A stretch of 64,000 nt of DNA from Xanthobacteraceae bacterium (GTDB taxonomy: Bacteria > Pseudomonadota > Alphaproteobacteria > Rhizobiales > Xanthobacteraceae), in assembly GCA_049517455.1 (NCBI GenBank), contig JBEKSB010000001.1, positions 1,528 to 65,527 of the forward strand. The letters are read 5' to 3'. Positions 49,024-59,128 of the stretch are shown here, piece by piece (positions within the stretch are counted from its first letter, which is position 1; every line of letters starts with the position of its first letter). The notes below the pieces were generated by a model that made no database searches, had not been told where the DNA came from, and was given only the letters and a program-made list of their open reading frames with translations. The position numbers were made by a program, and so were the translations under genes.

Positions 49024-50613
49024 TTACCTTTCACCCAGGATGAAATCGGCGCAGCGCTCCGCGATCATGATCGTCGGCGCGTTGGTGTTGCCGCGCACGA
49101 TCTTGGGCATCACTGAAGCGTCGCAGATACGCAGCCGCGGCACGCCACGAACGCGCAAGGTTGGATCGACGACCGCGTTGTCGTCTGAACCCATGCGGCA
49201 GGTGCCAACCGGATGGTAGATGCTCTTGGCGTAGCGCTTTGCGTGCTCGCCCATCTGCTCGTCGGTTTGCATCAGCGGCTCGCCGAGCGGCGAGATTTCG
49301 ACCGCACCGAGACGCTGCAGCGAAGGCTGGCCGCCGATCTTACGCGCCAGCTTGATGCCGCGCGCGAACGCTGCGAGGTCCTCGGGCGCCGACAGGAATT
49401 CCGGATCGAACAGGATCGGGTCCTGCGGGTTGGCCGAGCGCAGCCGCACCGTGCCGCGCGATTTCGGATCGAGAATGGCCGGATTGATGCTCAGCCCATG
49501 GCCGGGCGGGCCTTCACGCGGCGGATCGCCGAGCAATTGTGGAATGAAATGGATCTGGATGTCCGAGCGGCCCGAGCCGGTAGTGTCGATGAATCCGCCG
49601 GCCTCGACGATGTTCGAGGTCAGAAGCCCGGTGCGAAACAGCTTGTATTGCAGGTAGTGCCGCGCCGCCTTGAGTCCTTGGTCTTCGCCAAGCAAACTGA
49701 TCGGATCTTTGACTCGGACGTAGAACGGCAGGTCGAGATGGTCCTGGAAGTTTTCACCGATGCCTGGCAGGTCGCGCACGACCGGGATACCGAGCGAAGC
49801 AAGATATTGCGCCGGACCGATGCCCGAAAGCATGAGTATTTTCGGCGTCGCCAGCGCGCCCGCGGTCAGGATGACTTCCTCGCGGGCTCGCGCTTCTCCG
49901 GATGCGCCATTTGCGTCGACAAACGTGACGCCGGACGCGGCGCCGTTCTCGATGACGAGCTTGCCGACCGTGGCGCGGACGATGACCTTGAGCTTCCTGT
50001 CGCCTTGCACTGCGCGCAAATAAGTCGAAGCTGCCGAGCCGCGCACCGCATCACGCTGTGTCACCTGATAAAACCCGACGCCTTGCTGGACTGCGCCGTT
50101 GAAATCGTCGTTATAGGGATAGCCGGCTTCCTGCGCCGCGCGCAGGCCGGCGAAACTCAGCGGATGGCGAAAGCGCGCATCCGAGACCGGCAACGGGCCC
50201 TTAGTGCCGTGGAATGGTCCCGCGAGACGTTGGTTGCTTTCAGCGCGTTTAAAGGCCGGCAGCACATCGTCCCAGCCCCAGCCCGGACAGCCCATGTCGC
50301 GCCATTCGTCATAATCCTTGGCGCCACCGCGGATGTAGATCATGGCGTTGACCGAGGAGCCGCCGCCCAGCGTCCGGCCTTGCGGCACGGCAATCGGGCG
50401 GCCGCCCGCGGTCGCTTGTGGCTCGGACATGTAGAACTGCACGCGCTCGGTGGCGAACAGCCGCACGAATCCGCCCGGCATGCGGACGAACTGATTGTCG
50501 TCGTTCGGGCCGGCTTCGATCATCAGCACGCTCTTGCCGGCCTTTACCAAGCGGTAAGTCACCGTGCAGCCTGCTGATCCACCGCCGACAACGATGTAAT
50601 CGTAAACGTCCAT
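49024..50613 (-). CDS. GMC-family FAD oxidoreductase (choline/alcohol dehydrogenase-like)
   Basis: 529 aa from the ATG at 50613. YDYIVVGGGSAGC FAD motif and C-terminal active-site region HPVGTCRMG. Confidence 0.85.
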   Translation of the reverse strand: MDVYDYIVVGGGSAGCTVTYRLVKAGKSVLMIEAGPNDDNQFVRMPGGFVRLFATERVQFYMSEPQATAGGRPIAVPQGRTLGGGSSVNAMIYIRGGAKDYDEWRDMGCPGWGWDDVLPAFKRAESNQRLAGPFHGTKGPLPVSDARFRHPLSFAGLRAAQEAGYPYNDDFNGAVQQGVGFYQVTQRDAVRGSAASTYLRAVQGDRKLKVIVRATVGKLVIENGAASGVTFVDANGASGEARAREEVILTAGALATPKILMLSGIGPAQYLASLGIPVVRDLPGIGENFQDHLDLPFYVRVKDPISLLGEDQGLKAARHYLQYKLFRTGLLTSNIVEAGGFIDTTGSGRSDIQIHFIPQLLGDPPREGPPGHGLSINPAILDPKSRGTVRLRSANPQDPILFDPEFLSAPEDLAAFARGIKLARKIGGQPSLQRLGAVEISPLGEPLMQTDEQMGEHAKRYAKSIYHPVGTCRMGSDDNAVVDPTLRVRGVPRLRICDASVMPKIVRGNTNAPTIMIAERCADFILGER

Positions 50614-50812
50614 GACCGTTGCCCCAAGCTGTTTGCTTATTTTGATGCGATCATACACGCGACCGCGCTGAATCTGTCAATCGCGGCCGGTTTCTGACTG
50701 AAACGAATTCGCTGTTGTGGGTGGGACGAGGCCTGCGTTTGAAGATGGAATTGACCCACATCAATGCTGCCGGTCCGCAAGCGAGCCACTAATTTAATAT
50801 AAATTCAATTCG

Positions 50813-51214
50813 ATGGAAAAGGCCCACATGCATTATTACTTTGCTAAAACGGTGCCGTTAGGCTTCGAAGAGGCCGTGCGGCACACCACCGAAGCGCTCA
50901 AGCAGCAAGGCTTCGGAATCATCTCCGAGATCGACGTCAAACAGACGTTGAAATCTAAAATCGGCGTCGATTTTCGCAACTATCGCATCCTCGGCGCCTG
51001 CAATCCCAAGCTGGCGCATGAAGCGCTGCAACTCGAGGACAAGATCGGAACAATGCTGCCGTGCAACGTCGTGGTGCAGGAGGTCGGCAGCAATAGCACC
51101 GAGATCGCCGCTATCGATCCGGTCGCCTCAATGGCGGCGGTCGACAATCCGCGCCTCAAGGAGGCGGCGCATCGTGTTCAGGCGCTTCTGAAAAAGGTCA
51201 TCGAAGCTTTGTGA
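50813..51214 (+). CDS. DUF302 domain protein
   Basis: 133 aa. FGIISEIDVKQTLKSKIGVDFRNYRILGACNP is typical of DUF302. Confidence 0.8.
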   Translation: MEKAHMHYYFAKTVPLGFEEAVRHTTEALKQQGFGIISEIDVKQTLKSKIGVDFRNYRILGACNPKLAHEALQLEDKIGTMLPCNVVVQEVGSNSTEIAAIDPVASMAAVDNPRLKEAAHRVQALLKKVIEAL

Positions 51215-51232
51215 CGACCGCCGCCTGAGGGC

Positions 51233-52627
51233 TTACCCGCGCCTGAGAAATTTCAGCATCAGATCGGTGAGGCGCCCAAACGGCGGATGCAGGAAACGCG
51301 ATCCGTTAAGGCGGCTTTGCAGAAACACGCCCTTGCGGTGCGAGAAGGTTTGAAATCCAAACTCGCCATGATACGCGCCGATACCCGATGCGCCGACGCC
51401 GCCGAACGGAAGATTCTCCGCCACGAAATGGAACAGCGTCGTGTTGATCGCGGCGCCGCCGGAGATCGTCCGGCGTAAAACCTCGTCGCGCTTGCCAGGA
51501 TCGGTGCCGAAATAATAGAGCGCCAGCGGCCGGGGGTGACCGTTGACGTAATCGATGGCCTGGTCGAGCCCGCGATAAGTCTTGATCGGCAGTACCGGCC
51601 CGAAAATTTCCTCGCGCATGATCGAGAGGTCTTCGCCGGGGTCAATCACAAGGGTCGGCGGCAGCTTGCGAGTCGCCACCGGCGGCGTTCCATGATCCGG
51701 ATTGATCTCGACAACGCGCGTCCCGCTCGCTTTCGCCTCCACCACATACTGCGCGATGCGGCGATAGTGCCGCTCGTTGATGATCGAGGTGTAGTCCGGA
51801 TTGCCGGCAAGCGTCGGGTAGAATTTTTGCACCGTCTGAGCAGTTAGTCCGACGAACGCCTCAAGCTTGTCCTCGGGCAGGAGGACGTAGTCCGGCGCGA
51901 TGCAGGTCTGACCGGCATTCAGGAGCTTGCCGTAGACGATGCTCTCGACCGCGCTCGGTAGTGCCGCGTCTTCTCCGAGGATGCACGGCGATTTACCGCC
52001 GAGCTCGAGGGTCACCGGCGTCAAATTCTCGGCTGCGGCCGCCATGACGAGCCGTCCCACGGCGGTCGAGCCGGTATAGAGGAGGTGATCGAACGGCAAC
52101 CGTGCAAAGGCTTGTCCGACGTCCGGTCCGCCGACGATGGTTGCGACTTTATCCGGAGGAAACAGACCCTCAAGAAATTCGGCCAGGAAACCCGACGTGC
52201 GGGGCGTCAGCTCCGACGGCTTCAGCATCACGCGGTTGCCGGCCGCGAGTGCCGCGATAAGCGGCACGATTGCAAGGTTGAACGGATAATTCCATGGACT
52301 AATGATGCCGACCACTCCGACCGGCTGATAGAGGATGCGTGCGGTGGCCGGCATCAGCTCGAGGCCGATCGAGACCCGTTTCGGCTGCATCCAACGAGCA
52401 AGATGGCGCAGCGTGTGGCGGATTGCCGACTGTGCAGGAAACACCTCGCCGAGTTCGGTTTCGTGGCGCGAACGATTACCGAAGTCCGCCGAAATTGCCG
52501 CGGCCAGGCGATCGACGCTGTTGCCGACCGCCTCACCGAGTTTTTTCAGGTCGGCGCGCCGCTCTTGCAGCGACGGTGCCCCTGTACGCAGAAACGCCGC
52601 GCGTTGCGCATCGAAGATCGCGCGCAT
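51233..52627 (-). CDS. NAD(P)-dependent aldehyde dehydrogenase (coniferyl-aldehyde-dehydrogenase-like)
   Basis: 464 aa from the ATG at 52627. ELGGKSP and catalytic Cys context AGQTCIAPDY. Confidence 0.85.
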   Translation of the reverse strand: MRAIFDAQRAAFLRTGAPSLQERRADLKKLGEAVGNSVDRLAAAISADFGNRSRHETELGEVFPAQSAIRHTLRHLARWMQPKRVSIGLELMPATARILYQPVGVVGIISPWNYPFNLAIVPLIAALAAGNRVMLKPSELTPRTSGFLAEFLEGLFPPDKVATIVGGPDVGQAFARLPFDHLLYTGSTAVGRLVMAAAAENLTPVTLELGGKSPCILGEDAALPSAVESIVYGKLLNAGQTCIAPDYVLLPEDKLEAFVGLTAQTVQKFYPTLAGNPDYTSIINERHYRRIAQYVVEAKASGTRVVEINPDHGTPPVATRKLPPTLVIDPGEDLSIMREEIFGPVLPIKTYRGLDQAIDYVNGHPRPLALYYFGTDPGKRDEVLRRTISGGAAINTTLFHFVAENLPFGGVGASGIGAYHGEFGFQTFSHRKGVFLQSRLNGSRFLHPPFGRLTDLMLKFLRRG

Positions 52628-52656
52628 CGTTGCCACAGGCTCGGGCCGCGCGTCGT

Positions 52657-54252
52657 TCACAACGGCGGCCGTGCCGGATAATCCGGCCGACCCCTCGCTA
52701 CCGCCTCGATCTTCGCCATGGCGGCGAGCGCGACGTGATCGCGCCACGGCCGCGCCAGCACCTGCACGGCGATCGGCAAACCGGCGCTGCCTCTTTCGCT
52801 TTCACGCGCAACGCGATCAATCACATCCCGGCTGGCGGGGCGGTCGCTCTCTTCCCCCGGCCGGACGCACGTGACCGGCACGATACCGGCGGGGAAGCCG
52901 CTGACATTGGCGATTGGGGCGTAAGCGCCAGGCATCGGCATCAGCTCGGTTGCGCCGTGCCGCACCGCCGGCACCGCGTAGGCGGGACACAGAACAACAT
53001 CGATCGGACCGTCGTCGGCTTCCTCAAATGCGCGGAGCAAAGTATACCGGAAATCCGCGATCGCCTCGATCGTCTGCCAATATTCGTCGATACTGCCGGA
53101 AGCGAAACGCCGCAGAATTGCAGCGCGACGTCGTTGGCCAAGGGCGTTGAGCGCGGCGCCGGCAGCGCCGCGCAGCCAAACCGGCATGGCCGCCGTCACC
53201 AGCAGCGGTCGGATGCGCCGGTCAACACGGTTGCCCCGCAACAGGCGCTTAAGAGTCCTGGTCCGATCGGCCGAGAGGCTGGCGAAGAGAAGATCAATCG
53301 CGCGGCTCAGCACCGGCTGCTCCCACGGCACTTGGCGCGCTCCTGCCGCGCTCAGGATTTGCGCGGCTTCGGTGACCGCGCGCCGTGCCGCAGGGGCGAC
53401 CGGAAATTCGCCATCATCGGTGAATGTCGCAAAGCGCAGGCGGCTCGGGTCGACACCGGCCGGATCGCCCAACTCCGGCCCAGGATTGGCATATGGATCG
53501 CGGGCGCGATCGAGCACGCGCAATCCCATGGTCAGGTCTTCGACGCGCCTCGCCATGGGACCGACCTGGCTGACGATACCGGTCTGGCCAACCGGCAAGC
53601 CGTGGCCGCAGTGATCGGGCGTGCGGCCCGCGGTCGGCCGGATCGACGCGATCCCGCAGAACGCTGCCGGAATGCGCAGCGATCCGCCGATGTCGTTGCC
53701 AAGACCGAGTGGTGAGGCTCCGGCGGCAATGACGGCTGCTTCGCCGCCGCTGCTCCCGCCGCAGGATCGTTCTAAATCCCACGGATTGTTGGTGCGTCCG
53801 TAAAGCGGATTGTCGGTTTCGGTGAAGATCATCAGCTGCGGGAGATTGGTCTTGGCAATCGGGATCGCGCTCGCGGCGCGCAGTGCCGCGACATAGGGAT
53901 CGTCCCTGATTTCGATTGCGTTGCGGCGCGTCGCCAGTCCGAAGGTCGAGGCTGTTCCGGCAAGATCGAAGCATTCCTTGATCGTCACTGGCAGGCCGGC
54001 AAGGGGCGGAAGCTTCTCGCCGCGCGACAGCGCTTTGTCGACGTTCGCGGCCGCTTTGCGCGCGCTTTCGGATAAATCCGCGGTGACGGCATTGAGCTTG
54101 CCGTTGACGGCGTTGAGGCGCCCAATGAAATGCTCCACCACTTCGGCGGATGACAGATCGCGGGCGGCAATGTGACCGGCGATCTCGCGCGCCGACATAT
54201 CTTGCAGATCATGTACGTGCGGAGTAGGCGCAGCGGATTCAGTGAGCGCCAT
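52657..54252 (-). CDS. Amidase (amidase-signature family)
   Basis: 531 aa. AS signature GGSSGGEAAVIAAGASPLGLGNDIGGSLRIPAAFCG. Confidence 0.85.
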   Translation of the reverse strand: MALTESAAPTPHVHDLQDMSAREIAGHIAARDLSSAEVVEHFIGRLNAVNGKLNAVTADLSESARKAAANVDKALSRGEKLPPLAGLPVTIKECFDLAGTASTFGLATRRNAIEIRDDPYVAALRAASAIPIAKTNLPQLMIFTETDNPLYGRTNNPWDLERSCGGSSGGEAAVIAAGASPLGLGNDIGGSLRIPAAFCGIASIRPTAGRTPDHCGHGLPVGQTGIVSQVGPMARRVEDLTMGLRVLDRARDPYANPGPELGDPAGVDPSRLRFATFTDDGEFPVAPAARRAVTEAAQILSAAGARQVPWEQPVLSRAIDLLFASLSADRTRTLKRLLRGNRVDRRIRPLLVTAAMPVWLRGAAGAALNALGQRRRAAILRRFASGSIDEYWQTIEAIADFRYTLLRAFEEADDGPIDVVLCPAYAVPAVRHGATELMPMPGAYAPIANVSGFPAGIVPVTCVRPGEESDRPASRDVIDRVARESERGSAGLPIAVQVLARPWRDHVALAAMAKIEAVARGRPDYPARPPL

Positions 54253-54596
54253 GACTTAGTCCTCCCCAGAGACTGCGCAAAGGCGCCTCGTCATCGGTAA
54301 GGTCGATCTATTCGCCCCACTTTGTCAATTTGCGCGCTCGCGGGCCGTCCGGTCGCGGCCGCGCCACTTCGCAGGGCAGCATTCCTCCACCACTTCGCAG
54401 CGCAGTATTTCTCTATTGCATCGCATCTGTTGCACCGCGTCATAAACGTGGGCGTTTTTTGATCAAAATGTCTCTTGCCGATTTTGTAAGCAGTGGTTGT
54501 TTGATTCTTGCGCAGCTCAAGAGTGCGGATCATATTCGATTGCAGGAATCGTCAAGACCCCGAAGAGGAAACGTTCACTCGAAACCCATGGAGGAC

Positions 54597-54827
54597 ATGA
54601 TGTGCAAAAAACTTGTTACGATCACCGCCGCGCTCGCGATTTTGTCGCTCGGATCGTTCGTATCCGCGCAAGCCGGAGGAGCGACGAGCGCTCCGTCGAT
54701 GTACAACAATGCGACCCATACCGCGAGCCTTAATCAAGGCCGGCATCATCGGCAGGTACAAACAGCCGATTTCAGGATTACGGAATTCTCTTCTTCTTCG
54801 GCGAAGCACGCTGTGTCAAAGCGCTGA
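54597..54827 (+). CDS. Small secreted hypothetical protein (doubtful)
   Basis: About 76 aa: MMCKKLVTITAALAILSLGSFVSAQA signal peptide, then a His/Ser-rich tail. GGAGGA immediately upstream. Low-GC context. Confidence 0.3.
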   Translation: MMCKKLVTITAALAILSLGSFVSAQAGGATSAPSMYNNATHTASLNQGRHHRQVQTADFRITEFSSSSAKHAVSKR

Positions 54828-54943
54828 GTTGAGAGGAACTGCAACGAATTGATGTCTGTCTGACGCGAAATGTCGGTCAGATGCGGGATGCTGCGCCGCT
54901 GAGAATGTAACTAACTAAGCGCGCAGTGTAGGCGGCTCTCGGC

Positions 54944-55777
54944 TTATCTTTCAGTGCGGTCATCGCGGCCATCCGCGCCTCTTCGCGGATTGCTATTGGC
55001 GACCCACGTTCGCACCGCCGGCAAAACTTGCGGCAACAGCTTATCGATCTCGTCTTTGGTCATTCCAGGCCGAACACGTGGATCATAGAGAATATTGACA
55101 AGGTGCTGATCATATACGTCGAAGAATCCCATTTGTACGTCGTCATTGAACATGGTCCAGGGCACCGAATTGTCGTCATTGATGATCCCCAACGCTTGCA
55201 ACAATTCTTCGTAGGCGCAATCGTAAAAGGAAAATTCTTCAGCGTCGGCCGGCAGGATCACTTCAGCGCGGCGGATGCGATAGTTTTGATCCTTGCCGAT
55301 GCCGGACAAACACTGCGGGTCTAGCACGCGCTGAATTTGCTTCGCCTTGTCCGTGCCGTAGTTGGAACGGATCGTCCGCGCGAGATCGCGCTTCGGCACG
55401 AGTGTCACGACGAAATTCGCAGCTTGGCGGTCGTCGGTCATCGCCAAATCGAGATGATCGACACGAGCGCGGATGTCTGCGACGATCATGGCGATTTGGG
55501 CGCGGCGATCGTGCGCGCCACGATTGACGACGAACACTCGGACCGGCTCGTCGAATTTACGGATGCGTTCTACCCGTCGATCGAATTGCAGCTCCCCACG
55601 GAACGCGGTCTTAAAGAAGCCGTCCTTGATCTCGGCGTCGGTGAAAGTCGTTCGTTCGGAGGCGCGGCGGGCGCTCACGTCCGCATTTTCAGCCTGGGCC
55701 GCGCAGTTGACCATGGCGCCGATTGCAATGGCTGCTGAGGTAAAAGCAGCGACCGATCTTAGATATTCGCAATACAT
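54944..55777 (-). CDS. DUF2927-like exported protein
   Basis: 277 aa from the internal ATG, with a signal peptide. Block FYDCAYEELLQALGIINDD resembles DUF2927. GC is clearly below the window average. Confidence 0.55.
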   Translation of the reverse strand: MYCEYLRSVAAFTSAAIAIGAMVNCAAQAENADVSARRASERTTFTDAEIKDGFFKTAFRGELQFDRRVERIRKFDEPVRVFVVNRGAHDRRAQIAMIVADIRARVDHLDLAMTDDRQAANFVVTLVPKRDLARTIRSNYGTDKAKQIQRVLDPQCLSGIGKDQNYRIRRAEVILPADAEEFSFYDCAYEELLQALGIINDDNSVPWTMFNDDVQMGFFDVYDQHLVNILYDPRVRPGMTKDEIDKLLPQVLPAVRTWVANSNPRRGADGRDDRTER

Positions 55778-55909
55778 TGAACTAGCCACCGGCGTTCGCC
55801 TGGAAATGCTCACGTACCAGTTCGAATATGTCGGTCGCTGCATAGGAATTCGATATTGGTAAGATATCTTTGGCATATAAATTAAATAGCCAAGAACACA
55901 GTGTCGCGC

Positions 55910-56836
55910 TCAGCGCCGCTGGAACCAGCCGACAATGCCGTTGGGCGCCAGCATGACGAAGCCGACCAACAATACACCGACGACCAGGAGATTGACCTCT
56001 GACGAGATCGTCACTGACGCCACCTGTTGCGTGGTCGCGAGCAGCAGCGATCCGATGAGCGGCCCGAGCCAGGTTTTGGTACCGCCAATCATTGGCATGG
56101 CGATAGTGGTGACGGCGTAGCCGAGATTGAAAGCCGAGGCTGGCTCGAGAAAGCTGACGTAATACGGCAGCGGCGCGCCGGCCATTCCCATGAGCGCCCC
56201 GCTCAGGGCGGTGGCGAAAAGCTTGAGGCGCAGCGTCGGCACGCCACTCGCTTCGGCTGCGCCCTCGTCGTCGCGAATCGCCGTCAAACCGTAACCGATC
56301 CACGACCGCTCAACCGCGCGGGCCACGACAATGGAGAGCGTCGCCAGGATCAGCATCAGCAGAAAGAGATACTCGGTATAGCTGCCGAACCAGGGACCGC
56401 GCAGCGGATGCAAAAGGTAGGCGCCCGCCGAGCCGCCGACATAATCCCAGTTGGTGACAAAGGTCTCGGCCACTACGGCGAGCGCGAGCGTCGCAATAGC
56501 AAAATAAATGCCCTTGAGGCGGAGCGTCAGATAGCCCATGCCGAGTCCGACCACTCCGGCGACGACACCGGCTGCCGGGATCGTGAGCGGCAGGGGCAGT
56601 TTCAGCGCGGTCTCGAGTGCGACCGTCGTATAGGCGCCGAGCGCAAAGAACGCCGACACGCCGAGATTCATGTAGCCGGCATAGCCGCCGAGGATGTTCC
56701 AGGCGGTCGCCAACACGACATATTGCAGGATGACGTAACCGGCGAAGAACAGATAATCGAGATTGATCCAGACCCCGACACCGAATGTGGCAGCGGCGAC
56801 GCTGACAGCGATGGCGAGGAAGCGCCAATTCCCCAT
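55910..56836 (-). CDS. Branched-chain amino acid-type ABC transporter permease (LivM-like)
   Basis: 308 aa, polytopic. Typical LivM blocks GYAGYMNLG and TLRLKGIYFAIATLA. Confidence 0.85.
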   Translation of the reverse strand: MGNWRFLAIAVSVAAATFGVGVWINLDYLFFAGYVILQYVVLATAWNILGGYAGYMNLGVSAFFALGAYTTVALETALKLPLPLTIPAAGVVAGVVGLGMGYLTLRLKGIYFAIATLALAVVAETFVTNWDYVGGSAGAYLLHPLRGPWFGSYTEYLFLLMLILATLSIVVARAVERSWIGYGLTAIRDDEGAAEASGVPTLRLKLFATALSGALMGMAGAPLPYYVSFLEPASAFNLGYAVTTIAMPMIGGTKTWLGPLIGSLLLATTQQVASVTISSEVNLLVVGVLLVGFVMLAPNGIVGWFQRR

Positions 56837-56842
56837 GACGTT

Positions 56843-57721
56843 TCAGCTCCGCCCGAACAGGCCGGAGGGTCGCCATGCCAGCGTCGCCAAGAGCGCGCCG
56901 AACGCAACGGCTGGCGACCATGACGGGCCGATGAAGACGGTGGTCAGGTTTTCGACAAGCCCAAGTGAAATCGCCGCGACCACCGTGCCGGGAAGGCTGC
57001 CGAGGCCGCCGAAGACGCAGATCGCGAATACCCGGCCGATGAAATCGCGGCCGACCGCGGGCTGCAAGGGTTCGATGACGATGATGAAGGCGCCGGCGAG
57101 CGCCGCACTGGCGCAGGCGACGCCGAAGGCGATGCGTTTGATCCGTACCGGCGATGCCGCGACCAGCCGTAGCGCGAACGGATCTTGCGCCACGGCGACG
57201 ATGGCGTGCCCGATGAAAGTCTTTTTCAGGAACAGTTCGAGCGCGATGAGCATGAGAAGCGAGCCGGCGAACGGCACCGCCAATCGCAGCGGCAGCGCGA
57301 TCGGGCCATAGTTCAACGTCGTGGTGATGTAGGGCGCCTGGACGTACCGGAAATCGACGCCGAAAAGCATGATCAGCATCACTTCGGCGAGGAACATCAG
57401 GCCGAAGAAGAACGCCAACCCACGCATCGCGTCGTCGCCGCGCCGCTCGAAGAAGTGGTAATAGACGCGATAGAGCAACGTCCCGGCGCCATAGAACACC
57501 GGTGTCAACAGAAGCCCGGCCAGGATTGGGTCAATGTTGAAGGTGCGGTTGAGCACGAGAACCGCGTAGGCGCCGATCACCGCGAAGGTCGGATGCGCGA
57601 TGTTGACGATATCAAGAAGGCCGAAAGCGACGGTGGCGCCGACGCTGAGCGCGGCATAGAAGCCGCCCATCAGCAGCCCCGTAATTACCGCGTTAACAAG
57701 GAGGGGATAGGTTATCGTCAT
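56843..57721 (-). CDS. Branched-chain amino acid-type ABC transporter permease (LivH-like)
   Basis: 292 aa, polytopic, with LivH-type blocks. Confidence 0.85.
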   Translation of the reverse strand: MTITYPLLVNAVITGLLMGGFYAALSVGATVAFGLLDIVNIAHPTFAVIGAYAVLVLNRTFNIDPILAGLLLTPVFYGAGTLLYRVYYHFFERRGDDAMRGLAFFFGLMFLAEVMLIMLFGVDFRYVQAPYITTTLNYGPIALPLRLAVPFAGSLLMLIALELFLKKTFIGHAIVAVAQDPFALRLVAASPVRIKRIAFGVACASAALAGAFIIVIEPLQPAVGRDFIGRVFAICVFGGLGSLPGTVVAAISLGLVENLTTVFIGPSWSPAVAFGALLATLAWRPSGLFGRS

Positions 57722-57745
57722 GGCGTTGTGCTTTGGCCGATCAGT

Positions 57746-57779
57746 TTTCTATGACGAACCGGTTTCTATGACGAACCGG
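57746..57779. repeat. Perfect 17-bp tandem duplication tttctatgacgaaccgg x2
   Basis: Units at 57746-57762 and 57763-57779, in the gap between the binding-protein and permease genes. Confidence 0.9.
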
Positions 57780-57826
57780 CTCGCGCCGCGCTGGCGGAGC
57801 GAGCCGATCCTGTGCGCCGCGCCGTA

Positions 57827-59095
57827 TTAGTGACGGGCGTCCTGGAACGGATAAATCAGGTCGCCGCTTTTGTACTCGGCCGGTGAGAGCACAATCAATG
57901 TGTCCGTGCCCTTGAACTGCTCGATGTCGTTGCCTTTGACGTGCTGGAATTGCGCCGCAAGCATGCGGGGGTTGGCCCATTCGCCGCTTTCGCCGAACTT
58001 CACGTCGCCGATCAAAGTTTTGAAGGTGTTCTCATGCATGTAGGGACCGAGCTTGTCACCGGCGGTGCTCTTGGTGGCCTCGACCGCTTGGCCGAGAATT
58101 TGCAGATCGGCATAAGCCCACGGAGCCATGTAATAACCGATCGGATCGACGCCTGCGGCCTTGGCCCGCTCCTGGTAGCGTTTGAGGAAATCCATCACGC
58201 CGGGATATTGCATCTTGGGTGCTGGCAGCCAGATATTGAAATTGACGAAGCCGTTAAGCTGCTCGCCCAACAATCCCTCGGCATCCGGCGTCTGTAACCC
58301 GGTCATGCCGCCGCCAACGATCATCGCCTTCAGACCGACCTCGCTGATGGCGCGAACGATGGCGATCGATTGTCCCGGCTGCGTGCCGATTGCCACGATA
58401 TCCGGGTTCGTCGCCTGAATCTGCCGCACCACGGTGGTCAGGTCGGTCATGCTCGGCGGAAATCCTTGATCGTAGACGATTTGCAACCCGGCAGCGGAAG
58501 CGGCGGCCTTGATGCCGTTCATGATGGCGTGACCGAATTCCATTTCGGGATACACGGCGGCGACCGTTTTCGGTTTCGGATTCATCGTCATCGCGGCATC
58601 GAAGAATGGCTGCATGATCGTCAAGGCCGGTTTTTCGCCGGCCGGGAAAATGCCGAAAAACTTGTCGTATTTGAACTTGGCGTTATTGGCGAGGCCGAAC
58701 AGGCCGATCAGCACCATGTCGTGCTGCATCGCGAGCGGTATCGTCGCGGCGATGAGGGGCGTGCCGTAGCCGCTGTTGATGAGATCGACTTTATCGATGT
58801 CGAGGAGCTTGGCGTAGATCGCCGGCACATTCGCCGGATTGCTTTGATCGTCGTAGTGAACCAGTTTGACCTGCCGTCCCAACAGGCCACCCTTGGCATT
58901 GATATCCTCGGCCCACATGGTCATTGCCAGCAGGGCCGATTTGCCCGTGCCCGCTAGCGGACCGGTTTCGGCCATGCTGAAGCCGATCTTCAGCGGCTCC
59001 TCCGCGGCGGCGGGCAAGCTGAATGAAGCGACGCTTAGCGCTGCGAGCGCCGCCAGCGTTGCGGCGCTTATGATGTGTCTCGATAGCGTTGTCAT
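57827..59095 (-). CDS. ABC transporter periplasmic substrate-binding protein (Leu/Ile/Val-binding family, type 1 PBP)
   Basis: 422 aa. Signal peptide ...LPAAA-EEP. LKIGFSMAETGPLAG start typical of LivK-like proteins. Confidence 0.85.
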   Translation of the reverse strand: MTTLSRHIISAATLAALAALSVASFSLPAAAEEPLKIGFSMAETGPLAGTGKSALLAMTMWAEDINAKGGLLGRQVKLVHYDDQSNPANVPAIYAKLLDIDKVDLINSGYGTPLIAATIPLAMQHDMVLIGLFGLANNAKFKYDKFFGIFPAGEKPALTIMQPFFDAAMTMNPKPKTVAAVYPEMEFGHAIMNGIKAAASAAGLQIVYDQGFPPSMTDLTTVVRQIQATNPDIVAIGTQPGQSIAIVRAISEVGLKAMIVGGGMTGLQTPDAEGLLGEQLNGFVNFNIWLPAPKMQYPGVMDFLKRYQERAKAAGVDPIGYYMAPWAYADLQILGQAVEATKSTAGDKLGPYMHENTFKTLIGDVKFGESGEWANPRMLAAQFQHVKGNDIEQFKGTDTLIVLSPAEYKSGDLIYPFQDARH

Positions 59096-59128
59096 TGTTG
59101 TATTCTCCTTGGTTCACGTCGTGATTTG

